Shown piece after piece: positions 13,876 through 26,306 of a DNA stretch of 55,946 bases. The notes below the pieces were generated by a model, which made no database searches, was not told the DNA's origin, and saw only the letters and a list, made by a program, of their open reading frames with translations. The number at the start of each line of letters is the position of its first letter. Within the stretch, counting starts at the first letter, position 1. The translations under genes were made by a program, and so were the position numbers. Origin of the DNA: Octopus bimaculoides. Lineage: Eukaryota. The stretch is taken from NCBI RefSeq assembly GCF_001194135.2, contig NC_068994.1:2223394-2279339 (forward strand), given 5' to 3'.

Positions 13876-14204
13876 GTATAGGTGTAAACTTTGAGTGTGG
13901 GTTAATGAAATATATGTTACCCCAGTTGTGGGTTAATGTATTGCTAATGTTTACCCCAGAATCTCTACAGTATGGAACAACAATGCTTTGTGACATTCAA
14001 TTAAGGTCCTTTATGTTCTCACTTGAAATCCTCTTGGGATCAACTTTGTCTTGTCTTTCCAGAATTGATAAAATACCAGTCATGTATTAGGGTCAGCATA
14101 ACCAGCCATACCCCCCACTTCTTGTGTCAGACAAATCAATATTTTGCCATCACTTACAAGAATTGCAAGTGATGAATAAAATATGCCCTGTCTCTATAAT
14201 TGCT

Positions 14205-14400
14205 TATCTTGTTTTACTCATTAAGCTGTGGCCATACTGGGGCACAACCTTGAAGAATTTTTAGTCTAACGAATTGACCCCAATACTTGTTTTTTTGTTT
14301 TTTTTCAAAACTTGGTACTTATTCTCTCAGTCTCTTTTATGAAATTGCTAATTTACAGGGACATGAACACACCGATGCTGGTTGTCAAGCAATCATAGGG
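14205..14400 (-). mobile_element. SINE family A, 3' part (intronic)
   Basis: ggccatactggggcacaacc...ggtacttattctc...acaccgatgctggttgtcaagc. Confidence 0.75.
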
Positions 14401-14439
14401 GACAGGCACAAAGACAAACACTCATATCTATATGTGCCA

Positions 14440-14570
14440 GTGGCATGTAAAAAGCACCCACTACACTCTTGGTGTGGTTGGCATTAGGAAGGGCATCCAC
14501 CTGTAGAAACATTGCCAGATCTGATTGGAGCCTGGTGCAGCATGGAAAACGGACGTTGAATGATGATGAC
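14440..14570 (+). mobile_element. Family B repeat (intronic)
   Basis: gcacccactacactct...ggaagggcatcc...cagcatggaaaacggacgttgaatgatgatgac. Confidence 0.8.
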
Positions 14571-14574
14571 ACAC

Positions 14575-14735
14575 ACACACGACAGGCTTTCCTCAGTTTC
14601 CATTTATCAAATCCATTCACAAGGCTTTGGTTGGTCCAGGGCTATAATAGAAGACACTTGCCCAAGGTGCCAGTCAGTGGGACTGAACCCAGGACCATGT
14701 GGTTGGGAAGCAAACTTCTTACCACACAGCCATAC
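14575..14735 (-). mobile_element. tRNA/CORE-like SINE family C
   Basis: Reverse complement of the 47553 element: acacttgcccaaggtgcc...gggactgaaccc...cttaccacacagcca. Confidence 0.8.
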
Positions 14736-14836
14736 TTGTAACTATATTAATATTCTGAGTTCAAATCTCACCAAGGTCATTTTTCTGAAGTTGATAAAAT
14801 TAGGGTTGGGGTTAGGGTTGTAGATCCCCACATTGT

Positions 14837-15068
14837 TTAAGCCTTTATCATTTAAACCAGCCAAATCCAGGGTCCAAATTAACTCCCTGTTTTGTGTTGC
14901 AGCTGGCCAGACCTGACCTCACACCTCAACCTTCCAGTGTCATTCTAAAAATTATTTAATCTCATCATCCAAATTTCAGAGGTAAAAGATAATGCAGGAT
15001 TAATTGTATGCAATGGGAATAAATAAGCATTATATTTAACTGGGTAATCTGAATGTTTAAAGGGTTAA
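14837..15068. mobile_element. piggyBac-like MITE (TTAA...TTAA)
   Basis: Left ttaagcctttatcatt, right aatgtttaaagggttaa: imperfect CCCTTT-type TIRs bounded by TTAA. Confidence 0.55.
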
Positions 15069-15167
15069 TATTAAAATTCCGAAGCAGAATGTTAGCCAGC
15101 ATCTCCCCTCCCCCAACACCACCACAGTAAATGTCTCTTGTAATTTGTGATTGGTTTCTTCTTGTAG

Positions 15168-15453
15168 GTGTTTGTGCGCAATCATGAACTGACCCACACT
15201 GGTGTGAGGCCTCACCAGTGCCCTGTATGTCCGAAAGCATTTGCTCAGAAGGTCCACTTGAAAGTCCACTCTCGAATTCATTCAGGAGAAAAACCTTATC
15301 ATTGCACTTACTGTTCGAAAGCGTTTTCACAGCGAGACCACCTCACCAACCACGAACGGGTACACACTGGAGAGAGACCATTCCGATGTTCTTTCTGTTG
15401 TAAAGCCTTCTCTCAGCGATCCCACCTGCGTAATCACCTCAGGACACATACAG
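15168..15453 (+). CDS. C2H2 zinc-finger protein 1, coding exon 2
   Basis: Acceptor cttcttgtAG at 15166-15167; VFVRNHELTH completes finger 2 in frame; three more fingers with GEKP/GERP linkers; phase-1 donor CAG|GTAAGA at 15454. Confidence 0.93.
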
Positions 15454-15889
15454 GTAAGACTGTTTACTGTAGTTAAGTAGTGGGCACACATTGAAGCTGT
15501 AGCGAAAGAGGTAGTATAGTGGACCCGTTTGAAAGGGCTAAAGACAGGCACTTTCCTCTTTGGCCAAGCCCTCGTCAACTTTTTCCAGTTCAACTTGAAA
15601 AGGAAGTTGAGGGTGGAGAGGGAAGTGTTGGAAGAATGGCCAGTGTGAAAGGACCAATTCTGAGCATGCACCTGTAAAAAGGGAAGCAAAGAAGGGCTCT
15701 TGCCCTGTTGTTCAGGCACCTGTGGGTTTTTCCATGAGGACCTTAAAGTGCCTCCCCTATTGTTCAATTTTTATTGTTGTTACATTGTGTACACACGAAA
15801 ACCCATTGTATTGTCCTGTTTTGTCTTTTATGTTGTTGTATGTCATTTAATGTTTTGTATGTGAGCCCTTGTGGCCAGTAAAAGAATAA

Positions 15890-15944
<55 letters not shown>
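15890..15944. repeat. (TTA)n microsatellite
   Basis: Seen directly. Confidence 0.95.
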
Positions 15945-15945
<1 letters not shown>

Positions 15946-16180
15946 GGTGGCAAGCTGGCAGAATCGTTACATTCTGAGTTCAAACACCACTGAGGTCAAC
16001 TTTGTTTTTTATCCTCTCGGTGGGGTTCTTTGCATTCTGAATTCAAATTCCACCAAAGACGGCTTTATCTTTCATCATCCTTTCGGGGGTCAATAAATTA
16101 ATTACCAGAAAAACACTGAGGTCGATGTAGTCGACCGGTCCCCTTCCCCAAATTTTCAAGCCTTGTGCCTAGAGTAGAAA
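15945..16180 (+). mobile_element. tRNA-derived SINE 5'/central part (family A head)
   Basis: ggtggcaagctggcagaatcgtta head; ttctgagttcaaa...gaggtcaacttt...tttcatc present twice; homologous to 35045 and 47250. Confidence 0.75.
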
Positions 16181-16245
16181 AGATTATTATTATTATTAAT
16201 GTTGTTGTTTATGTATTTATTGACTACTTGTTGTTTTTGTTGCAG

Positions 16246-16910
16246 GAGAGCGTCCTTACAATTGTTTCTCGTGTGACAAGACATTTGCCCAAAAGGCTCA
16301 CTTGACCATTCATCAACGCACACACTCTGGGGAGAAACCTTTCAACTGTGGCGTATGTGGCAAAAGTTTCCCTCAAAGGGTCCACATGCAGAAGCATGAA
16401 CGCAGTCACAGCAGCGAAGAACTGATGCGTGCCGGTGTCACACTTCATGTACCAACTGTCCGGCAGCAACAGCAACAACCTCCTCCTTTGACACCTTCCC
16501 CTCCTTGTTCAGGGCCAAATTCTTCATCTCCTCTTATGACAAGCTGCAATTGCAACTGTACCTGCAACCTGCTCATGTGCACGCAATGCTCCCCAAATGC
16601 ATCGCCGTCACCAATTCCTATTGCATCTCCATGCAACATGCAAATGAATCAGAGATTGACAACAATTTCTTCAGCATCTATTGCAACAATCTGTCCCCGA
16701 CAGATGTCCGGTCGGTCAGCGTGCGTCACTCCAACTCCTCCGCTTTCTCAGGGCAATCTTTCTCAACAGTCAAACTATTGCACAGCTCGCAGTTACCCTG
16801 GCAACTCCACCAAGTGGAGTAACAACAACAATAGTAGTAATGTCACCATGTGTTTACCTTCCTCTTCATGTGGCAAAAACATGAAACAAAACATGCATCA
16901 AAGAAGTTGA
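16246..16910 (+). CDS. C2H2 zinc-finger protein 1, coding exon 3 (total 453 aa)
   Basis: Acceptor ttgttgcAG at 16244-16245; G+GA restores the TGERPY linker; fingers 6-7 then a Q/P/S/N/C-rich tail; TGA at 16908-16910; summed CDS 1362 nt is a multiple of 3. Confidence 0.92.
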
Positions 16911-18900
16911 AACTTTCCAAATGAGCATCCCCCATCCACGCCCCTGTCCATCTCTTCCTCAGGGGAAACAGTTCAAGTCTTGTAGTTTATCTTCTGTTTA
17001 TGGAGTTTGATAACTCATTCTGCATTGAATACATTAGTAGCTGTTAGCCCCAGCTACCAGTGCTACTCCTCTCTCTCCCCCTCTGTTGTTGGGTCTTCTG
17101 TGTTGGTCACGGATCACTTCTCTCTCTCTCTCTCTCTCTCCAACACACCCACCTGGTCAACAGATGCCCTAAGCTATACACATTCACTATGTAAACACAA
17201 ACATACACATCCTACATTCTGCATATACACACACATGCATCAGTGCAATATAACCCAGTGTATTGGTCAAGTGTCCTGTTTCTACCCTCCATCCTCATAC
17301 ACCCCTCCTATTTGGAGAATGGGTGGTCATCATGCATGGACAGAGACTTGTAGTAAGCATAGATGGGCTTGAATTTGTGTGGTAGCCAGTGTTGTTGATG
17401 TAAGGCTGAGTGGTGGCCACCACCCTTGGCTGGTGGTATGCTGCAGTAGCCAATGGGGATTGTAAGGTTATGAGTGCAAAGGCTCCACTTTTGACCAGGT
17501 ATGGAGTTGTGTATTAAATGGTGATAGATAGTCCAGTCCTGTTACAGTAATTAGCAATTATAGTAATTAACTATTACCTTAAATGTTTCTCTGTAGCCAG
17601 ATAGCTTTGTCGAAATGTTTAAATAGCATCCTCTACACCATTGTCTTCTCAGCTTCCACACACCTCTCAATACTACTACTTCTACGTTGATCAAGCAAGG
17701 CCAAGATCAAAGACACTCCAATCATGACTACCTTTGATATTTTGTATTCCAGGGAGTACGCTGTATCTGTTAAGATGGTCGGATACATTTGAGGGACTTT
17801 AACTGCTATTTCTAGCAGATCTAGAAGCTCACATAGAGGTTCCCTCATCTACTTGATAATGGTTCTTGCATCTTACATCAGTTCTGTCTCCAATCTATGA
17901 ATTTCCTTTGTAAATCACAGGCGCTGGAGTTCATGTCTCTTCACTATACATACGAGTGAGATTGTAACTTGGATAATACAGCAGTTTGCCCTACGTTGAC
18001 AGTTTACACCTACTGGAGGTGTCCCCTTGGGTTTACAGGAACGACTACTATCTACTTCATTGTCTCTTGTAGGGGAACCACCAGGTTCTAGTTGCAGGTC
18101 TTCCTCTCAGCTTCAACATACTTTCTTTACTGACAGTACACTGTCTGTACTTGACCAAGGGCAGTTACAATGACCACACTGCTTATACTCGGCCAAGGCA
18201 CTCTAACTAGCTCAGGTTACTCAGAGACAAATTGGTGCTTCGTGTACTAATCACTAATTAATTACGGGTGGGTTTTCAATAATTTGAGAAGACAGAAGGG
18301 ACGTTACTCGGTATACAATTATCTCCTCTTGAGTGATTTCCTGAACCTTCTAATATATCACGACCCTCTACCGAAACTGATCGCTACAGCTGCTAGTGTA
18401 TGTTGCCTGAAGGGATCAGCCTACCATTAGCATTGTTATTGTTTAACCACAGGTCAGCCCTACTGGTCAAGAGATGTTTCATTGTGACCATCCTGGCTTT
18501 ATATCAGGAGTGACATTATGCAGTCTATCCTCTTTGAAAGACAATAGAGAGGTATTTTGCGTTAATTTTGTTTGCAATTTTTGAAGATCAAGGGACTGTC
18601 AATGGTAATTCCAGATTCCTGATTTCACTGATTAGATAAAGTGGTCAGTTATGAAAACTTGAATTATGGGTTCATGTCACATTGACACCACTTCACCACT
18701 GGGGCCTGAATTGTAATATTTTACTGGAGACTGGGAATGAATCGTGGATGACATCTCCCTTCTAAAACATATTAAGAAAGCATTAATTGAGAACACTGCC
18801 ATGTATGTGTGTGTATATGTATGTTATATGGGTCAATGTTTACAACTGACGCTCTGATGCTTGCTCAAAGTGTTTTGCAAGAATGTGTGTGTGTGTGTGT

Positions 18901-19060
18901 AAGCATGGTATGGCCAAATGGTTGAGAAGTTTGCATCACAACCTTGATGTCTTGGGTTCAGTCTTAGTGTGTGGCATCTTGGGCAAAAGTTATTTTCTGT
19001 TACCTCAACATTGACCAATACCGTATGAGTGAAACTGGATCAATGGAAAAAGCATCGAAG
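18901..19060 (+). mobile_element. SINE family C, degenerate
   Basis: tggccaaatggttgagaag...ctgggttcagtc-like B box, catcttgggcaa CORE-like segment. Confidence 0.6.
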
Positions 19061-20714
19061 CACATCAGGTGGGGGCTGTACTTTGTGATTCAAAAGGCAC
19101 AGCCTTGTTACTGTGTCACAATGATTCTACTCTGAGAATTCCATTAAGGAAACGGCTTTTATCTGAGGAATATTCAGCAACTTACATTTTAATCAGTTGG
19201 TCAAACAACTGATTTTTATCATCAGACAATAGAGATCCACCAGAGAAGGACAATATTTATGGTACTTTTTGGTATGGCCTTTCTGTATTTAGGTCCTAAT
19301 ATTTTTAAGGAGTTGCTGTCTTCATTTTAAACTGACACAAAAACTTGGATCGTCTGTTGGTTCCCACAAGAGTATTTTTTTGTATCATCACAGTGGGGAG
19401 AGACACCCAACCTGACAAAGTCTATTGTATTTTGGCCTCATCAAAGACAACATATGGAATCATTATATATGATCTCGTTGCCAGGAATGTTAGCTGTGAT
19501 AAACTAGCATTCTGTCCAGGAGAGCATGTGTCTGCTTCCACTTAATACTAATGAATGCAGAATGATGTAGCAACTTTCTGTGTCTCTAAGACATCTCTGT
19601 TTTCATCATAACATTTGACTAACATTTGTTTCATTTTCAAGTTTAATTAAAAGGGACATTTATTTATTTATTTATTTTTTTGTATCAATGTTTAGAAGAT
19701 GCCTGTTCAACACGTAACCTACAGGGTTGATCCTCTTTTGAGGAATGCATTGAACTGTTTTATACTACAACCTACAACCCTGGTCCTTTTCTGTGGAATC
19801 TAAACAAAGCCAATATCTTCTTTCCTTCACATTCTTCCCAACATCACTTTTTCTTGCTTTTTTCTAATTTTCTTCCGATGGCCCTTTCTCACCTCCATTT
19901 TCTATAGATTTTCTTTGTTCTCTGATGCTCTAATCATCAACAAGTGCCTTGATTCCAGCCAGCACAAAAACACTGATTCCAGATTCAATTCTTCTTAGAA
20001 CTAAACAATCTTTAAAACCAAGCAAAACTTTGAAAAAACTTGCATCAATGACAAACTTTTCTATATTTTCATAATTTCCCCCTCCCTCCCTCCACCTCCT
20101 CACATCTTTTTGTTATATTTTAATTTTATTTCTAAAACTCTTCAAGACTACAAAAAGATAACTAAATATAAATTTAACAAAAACAACAATAAACAAACAT
20201 TATTTCTTGAATTATTCTTTTATTTTTAACACAATTTTCTGTTGTCAAAGAAAACTGCATCAACTGATGTGAAAGATGATGGGTAATTGAGTCCGGAAGT
20301 TTTGATTAATTACGTCTCTGGCTGTATTGGTGAGGAGTAAACATCAGGTTAATGATTGTGTATTGATGAGGGATAAATAGATCAATGATTTTAATCTAAC
20401 CAGGAAGACAACTGGAGGTATCAATAAAAATATCAAAACTGAAAATAGCGACAGAATGAGGAGAACATGGGAGGGACTAAGATTTCTCTGGTGATGGTTC
20501 CAGGTTAGGTTTGGTGTTGCCAGGCAGACAACGGAAGCAGTTGTATCTGCTGAATGTGAAATAACAGATTTCCTTTATATACAGTAATGTAAAACAATAA
20601 GTGTATATTACTGTATGTGTACAGTAATATCCATCAGTAGGTTAATTGCTGATGGGGACACCGAATTGTTTTGCAACCATAATAGACTACCAAATATAGT
20701 AAGTCGTCATCGTG

Positions 20715-21032
20715 GCTGATGACGGTACCACCTGATTGGCACGTAAAAAGCACCATTTGAGTGTGGTCAATGCCAGTGCTGCTTGACTGGTTCTGTGCCG
20801 GTGGCATGTAAAAAGCACTATTCAAGTGTGATTGTTGCCAGTGCCAGCTGACTGGCTCCTGTGCCGGTGACACATAAAAAGCACCCACTACACTCTCGGA
20901 GAGGTTGGTGTTAGGAAGGGCATCCAGTTGTAAAAACCTTACCAGATCAGATTAGCCTGGTGCAGCCCTCAGTCAAACCATCCAACCCATGCCAGCATGG
21001 AAAGCAGATGTTAAACGACGATGATGATGATG
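20715..21032 (+). mobile_element. Family B repeat with internal tandem units and (TGA)n tail
   Basis: Three ggca(c/t)gtaaaaagcac units, then ggaagggcatccag...ccatgccagcatggaaagcagatgttaaacgacgatgatgatga. Confidence 0.85.
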
Positions 21033-21419
21033 ACACAGTATTGACTTAGAAACCTTTAATATACCTTATGAATTATTACAGTTTCAAAATGAAATACAGT
21101 GTCCTTACTAGTAAGCAATTGTCAGGAATGTGTTTAATATGTAAACTGGTCTATCCAATAGTGTTGCACTTGTCTATTTTGTAGCTATTTAAGCAATGTA
21201 TTTATGAATGGTGAATGGGTTGAGGTGATGCTGAGGAAGAAACAAGAACTCTAGAAATATATATATATATATACACCCATTACTTATTTTTCTGTCTTCA
21301 GTTGCATTGTTTACATTGTGTATTCGTATACAAAATGTAACTTTCAGTGCTGGCTCTAAATTCTATTCAGAATTTGTAGCAATAAACTTAATAGTAACCT
21401 CATTAGATGTATATCGATG

Positions 21420-21730
21420 ACCCCCTTCAATCATGAATGGCCATGGGATTGCACCTAGAAAGTTATCCACCGAGGCACAAGTCCAAGTAAGGTTGTTTTA
21501 TGGAAGAGCAGCAGTCTCCCATGCTTACCAACCTCCCCTTTCCAAGGGAAAGACAAAGGAGCCAATAGAACTTGGCACCAGTGACATTGCAGCTCATTTC
21601 TACAGCTGAGTGAACTGGAGCAACGTGAAATAAAGTGTCTTGCTCAAAAATATAACATACAGCCCAGTCCAGGAATTGAACTCACAACCTCACGATCATG
21701 CGCTCTGACCACTGAGCCATGCACCTTCAC
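21420..21730 (-). mobile_element. tRNA-derived SINE, longer variant
   Basis: gtgtcttgctcaa, ggaattgaactcac, gaccactgagccatgc are reverse-complemented CORE-like, B-box and A-box segments. Confidence 0.6.
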
Positions 21731-21988
21731 TTAGATGTATATATATAATGTACACCAAATGGTGTATACTGGGTAGCATCCATGCAGGATATTACTACAG
21801 TCTAAGGTGAACTATATCTGAAAAGATGGAACAGTCATGGCTGAACTATTTCTGATTATCGGTCAACTGGGATCAGAGCTGAACAGTATCAACCAACAAT
21901 CAGCTGCTGTGATGTTGATGCCTCTCCACAGACATATACAGCCCAACCCTGTCCTATACAATATATCTTGCTGGGTTTTTTTTTTCAG

Positions 21989-23528
21989 ATGATATAGCAA
22001 TGGGCAAGGCATGAAGGGCACAACATGAATTCAGTCCCTAACCCTCAATATCTTTCTCACCTTCTCCCGTTTTACATTCATAAATACCCACAACTGACCC
22101 TTTTATTCCGCACTGCTGTTTTCTCACCTTCTCACACATTTCTCACTCTCACTCTCACTCACTCCTTCACTCCACTTCATATTCTTCACCTTCCCTCTCT
22201 CTCTCTTCTCTCTGTTTCTCTCTTCCATCCTTCCTCCTTCTACCATATTTTTCTTACTCTTTCACTCCAATCGTGCCTTTCTTCAATATTTTCATCTCCT
22301 CTTCCTTCTACCATAGTTGACACTCTCCTCTACACATTCTCTCTTTCTCTTTCCCTCTCTATTACTCTTTAACTGCTCTTACTCCAGCCCCCTCTCTTAC
22401 AATTTGCTCTGTAACCCCTCTTATATTCTCTCTTTTCATTCATTTATCCTTCTTCCTCCCTCCCCTTCTTTCTCTCCATCTTTCGCCTTCGCTCTCTTCC
22501 TCTATCCCCCACCCATCTCACTCATTCATGATATTCCTCCTCCTTCACTCTCTTTATCTGCTTTACCATCTCTCTCTCTCTCTCACTCTCACCATCTTTC
22601 TTCCTCCTTTCTCCTTTTCTGACCACCCTCCTTCTCCACACTCTATTCTATCTACAATCCTAGCTTCTATCGTCTGCTTTCTACATTCTCTCTCACCCCC
22701 GTCGCCCCCCCCCTCTCTCTCTCTCTCTAACCCTCGCCATCATCTATCACTTTTTTATTTTCACATCTCGATCGTTTTATGCTTTTACCTCACACTACTA
22801 CTCTCACCAAAAACATTATGCTACCACCTTTTCCTCATTCTCTCATAACATTCCACCACCTTATACTTATCTTTCTCTCTCTCTCTTTTTCCTCCCCTTC
22901 TCATTACATATATAACATTCCATAAACTCTCACCTCTNNNNNNNNNNCCAAAAACATTATGCTACCACCTTTTCCTCATTCTCTCATAACATTCCACGAC
23001 CTTATACTTATCTTTCTCTCTCTCTCTCTCTTTCCTCCCCTTCTCATTACATATATAACATTCCATAAACTCTCACCTCTCTGTCTCTCTCTTCCTTCCT
23101 TTCGTTATTCCACTACCTCATACTTCTTTCTCTCACTATCCCTCCACCTACTCTCTTTTTAATCTCTTCTTTCTACTCCTTTCCCCTCCTCAATTCGCTT
23201 TCCCTACTCCTCTCTACAACAATACCCTCTTCCTTTCTAACAGAATCCCTTTCCTCCCACTTCATTTGTTCCTTCACTTTTACCATTCCTCACTCACCCA
23301 ACGCTACTACTGTTCCACTCTTAATCTTTCTCTTCCTCCCGCTAAACCTCATTTACCCTTACTCCCATTTCCACCACATTTCTTTCTTTCTTTCTCTTTC
23401 CTCCCACTATTTCTCTCTCTTCTAGCCTTTTCCCTTGACCCTTATTCTCTTATTCTCTCTCTCTCTCTTTCTCTCACCGCCACCACCATCATCACCACTA
23501 CTGCTACAGCTGACATCAACAGTCTGAC
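21989..23528 (+). other. 1.5-kb polypyrimidine tract, putative 5' leader exon of ZNF gene 2
   Basis: Acceptor-like t10-cAG at 21987-21988; CT-rich body; donor-like GAC|GTAAGA at 23529. Exon status is inference. Confidence 0.4.
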
Positions 23529-24734
23529 GTAAGAGACCCCGGACAGAGCTACCTACCTCCAGCGAATGTACCCCGAATGGACCGGGTAGACCGAGTAGCC
23601 TTTATCTCAACACATCACTTTAACCGTGCCTCTGTAAGTACATCGACAGACACGAAACAAAGCGACACCATTGCTTTGCTGTTTACTTTTTACACATATT
23701 TCACTCTCACTCTCTCACACACTCTCTATCTATCTCTCTTTCTCTCCTCCCGGAAGGAAATACTCCGTCCTCTCTCCCTCTGTCTCTCACTCACTCCCTC
23801 TCTCTTCGCAATATTTACCTCTCTCATTTCATCACTCTCTTTCTTTCGCCAACACACACACACACACACACACATCATCATCATCACCTCTCTCTCCCTC
23901 TCTCCTATAACATACTCTTTTTCTTTCTTTCTCCCTCTCCTACACTCTGTCCAGCCAAACACAAACCAATGTGTTCAGTACAAACATGAGCCAGTTTTAT
24001 ATGAATTAGCAGCTAAACCTGCCTCAGCTCAGAGACCCTACCGTCTTGAAAAAGAAGGACCATTAGTTAATGTAGTGTTTGGTATAGAAAAAGACGAGGT
24101 GGTCACGGCTGGAAGTCAGAGCTCAGCTGGAGCTATACAACATTACCCTTGCATATTTCACATGCACACCTCGCACGCCTTTCCGATGTCCACTGTCTTG
24201 GCCTGCTAGAAATAGTAGCCAAATCTAGGTTTAAATTACAACCCCTGTTTTATTTTATAAAGGACACACGAAATACTATAGTCTATAATAGTGTTTTAAG
24301 AATAAATGATATGGCCATGGCTGGACCTCTTTGAACATAAATATGCTTGTTTAGGATCGACCTGATGTTAAATAAGAACTACACATTGTATACAACGAGG
24401 GAGCATCTATGTGGTCGTCCGGCCTGCTAGAGATTGCAGCCAAATCTACTTCATATCACACGCTATCGTTCTGGTCATGGATTTAACTGTTTAAAAAAGG
24501 TGGGACGGTCATGGCTGAAATACTTTGGAAAATAGATCAACAGTGACATATTTACATTGGTTGTTGTTGTAACAGACCTTATAATTAAAAGCATTCTAGC
24601 CATGACTCTCGTCTTTTTGTATACATTAGATGACATTAAACAATGTGTCCTTCCTTTTCAAGTGAAATTTGGCTGCTATTTCCAGTAGAGCGACCTCGTA
24701 GCTTCTGTGTCTCTTGTTATTCCTCTGTGAACAT

Positions 24735-24776
<42 letters not shown>

Positions 24777-25179
24777 TTTCCACCTCAACACATTTCAATA
24801 TTGAGGGTGGCGACTGCTAGATACACCTACTACCACAATCTGTCTCTACCTCTTCCCACCACCCACTCTACTCCCTATAGTATTGGACTGCGACACACAG
24901 ACAGACAAGGTGGTGGTCATTTGTCAATTGTCCCTTCCATCACACTGTCACCGTCGTAGTGGTTGAGTGATTGATTGATTTGTTTGTTCATTTCTGTCCC
25001 CATTGATGAACAACTAATGTCGTTGTCGGCTTCAAGACTAATGACTGGATAAAGAGAGTGACAAGGGAGTGTTCACAACAAGATGCAGAACAAATATAGC
25101 AGGGACTTTGGAAACACTCCACCACACATAACAGTGGTATTTTCTGCATGAACGTAAGACATGTAATACTTGCCTTCGG

Positions 25180-25360
25180 CTTGTTTCATTCATTAAAGTG
25201 CGGCCATGCTGGGGCACCGCCTGGAAGGATTTTTAGCCGAATGACTCGATCCCAGAACTTGCTATAACTCTAAAACCTGGTTCTTATTCTATCGGTCTCT
25301 TTTGTCATACTGCTACGTTACAGGATGTAAACACACCAACATTGGTTGTCAAGCAGCATT
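25180..25360 (-). mobile_element. SINE family A, 3' part
   Basis: ggccatgctggggcaccgcc...tattctatcggtctcttttg...taaacacaccaacattggttgtcaagc. Confidence 0.8.
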
Positions 25361-25509
25361 GTCAAACACACATGCAAAAACACTCACATGCACACACAAA
25401 CACACACACACACATATATCATATACCCCATCATCATTGGCTGCTGAATGATGATGATGATGATGATGATGATATATATATATGTACACATGTGTGTGTC
25501 ACCGACCAC

Positions 25510-25972
25510 TGCTTTTTGTTTCTTTGAAGAAACCAGAAAATTTCCTGCTGTATAGTTTCAAAAAATGCCCAACTTAAGTAATGCAAGATGGAATTCTTGA
25601 GCAAAACTAGCTCTTTTGGCATTTATTCTTCTACCAGATAAAAGTTTTGTTTGTCAACGTTTGTTGATTCATCTCTTAGAGCTGGGCAGATTTTTGGTTT
25701 ACTGACCAAATGTTCAATGCACATGATTATCAGAAGTTATGTGGTAGCCAGCAAGTTCATAAAAAAGCATTGAACTCCGTAAAAAAACTTTTGGACTCCA
25801 TCAAAACTGGAAATTCCCAGAACGAATCAGAGTGCAGAATGGGCAACCAAGGGGCGGAGGTATCTTTTGTTGTGTTGTCTATTCTGTATTTTATGTAATT
25901 TGTTCTTAGTGCTTGCTCTTGGGCAGCACAGATTAGAGCCTCCGTTTCTCGTTTTAAATCACTTTCAGTCAT
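25510..25972 (-). mobile_element. Decayed R4/Dong-like (RLE-type) non-LTR retrotransposon fragment
   Basis: Minus-strand LKRETEALICAAQEQALRTNYIKYRID resembles the ETE..I.A.Q.Q...T..Y segment that precedes the zinc knuckle in R4/Dong ORFs (recognised by eye, not searched). Confidence 0.55.
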
Positions 25973-26306
25973 CCACAGCCATCTTTTTTCTCTGTCTGTA
26001 TTATTATTATTATTGTTATTATTATTATTATTATTATTACTACTACTACTACTACTACTGGTCTGTTGTATCTTTTATCAGGTGTTCCACCTCCCTGTCA
26101 GAGCTGATAAAAGACCACAGCCATCCACAATCCATGCTACAGGAACATATCAACTTTTCCAGTCTTGATATTCAGATTAAACTGTTTCTATTCCATAGAC
26201 ATATTCTACATTCTGCAAGGAATCGTTTGTCGGCAGAAAATCCAGGATACTTTCATTATAACCAAACTCTGTCTGTTTAATGCCGTCACTTTGAAGAACT
26301 TTAACA

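Noticed and set aside
22807-23080. ~130-bp direct repeat
   Set aside because: Copies sit either side of a 10-N gap; most likely an assembly overlap artefact.
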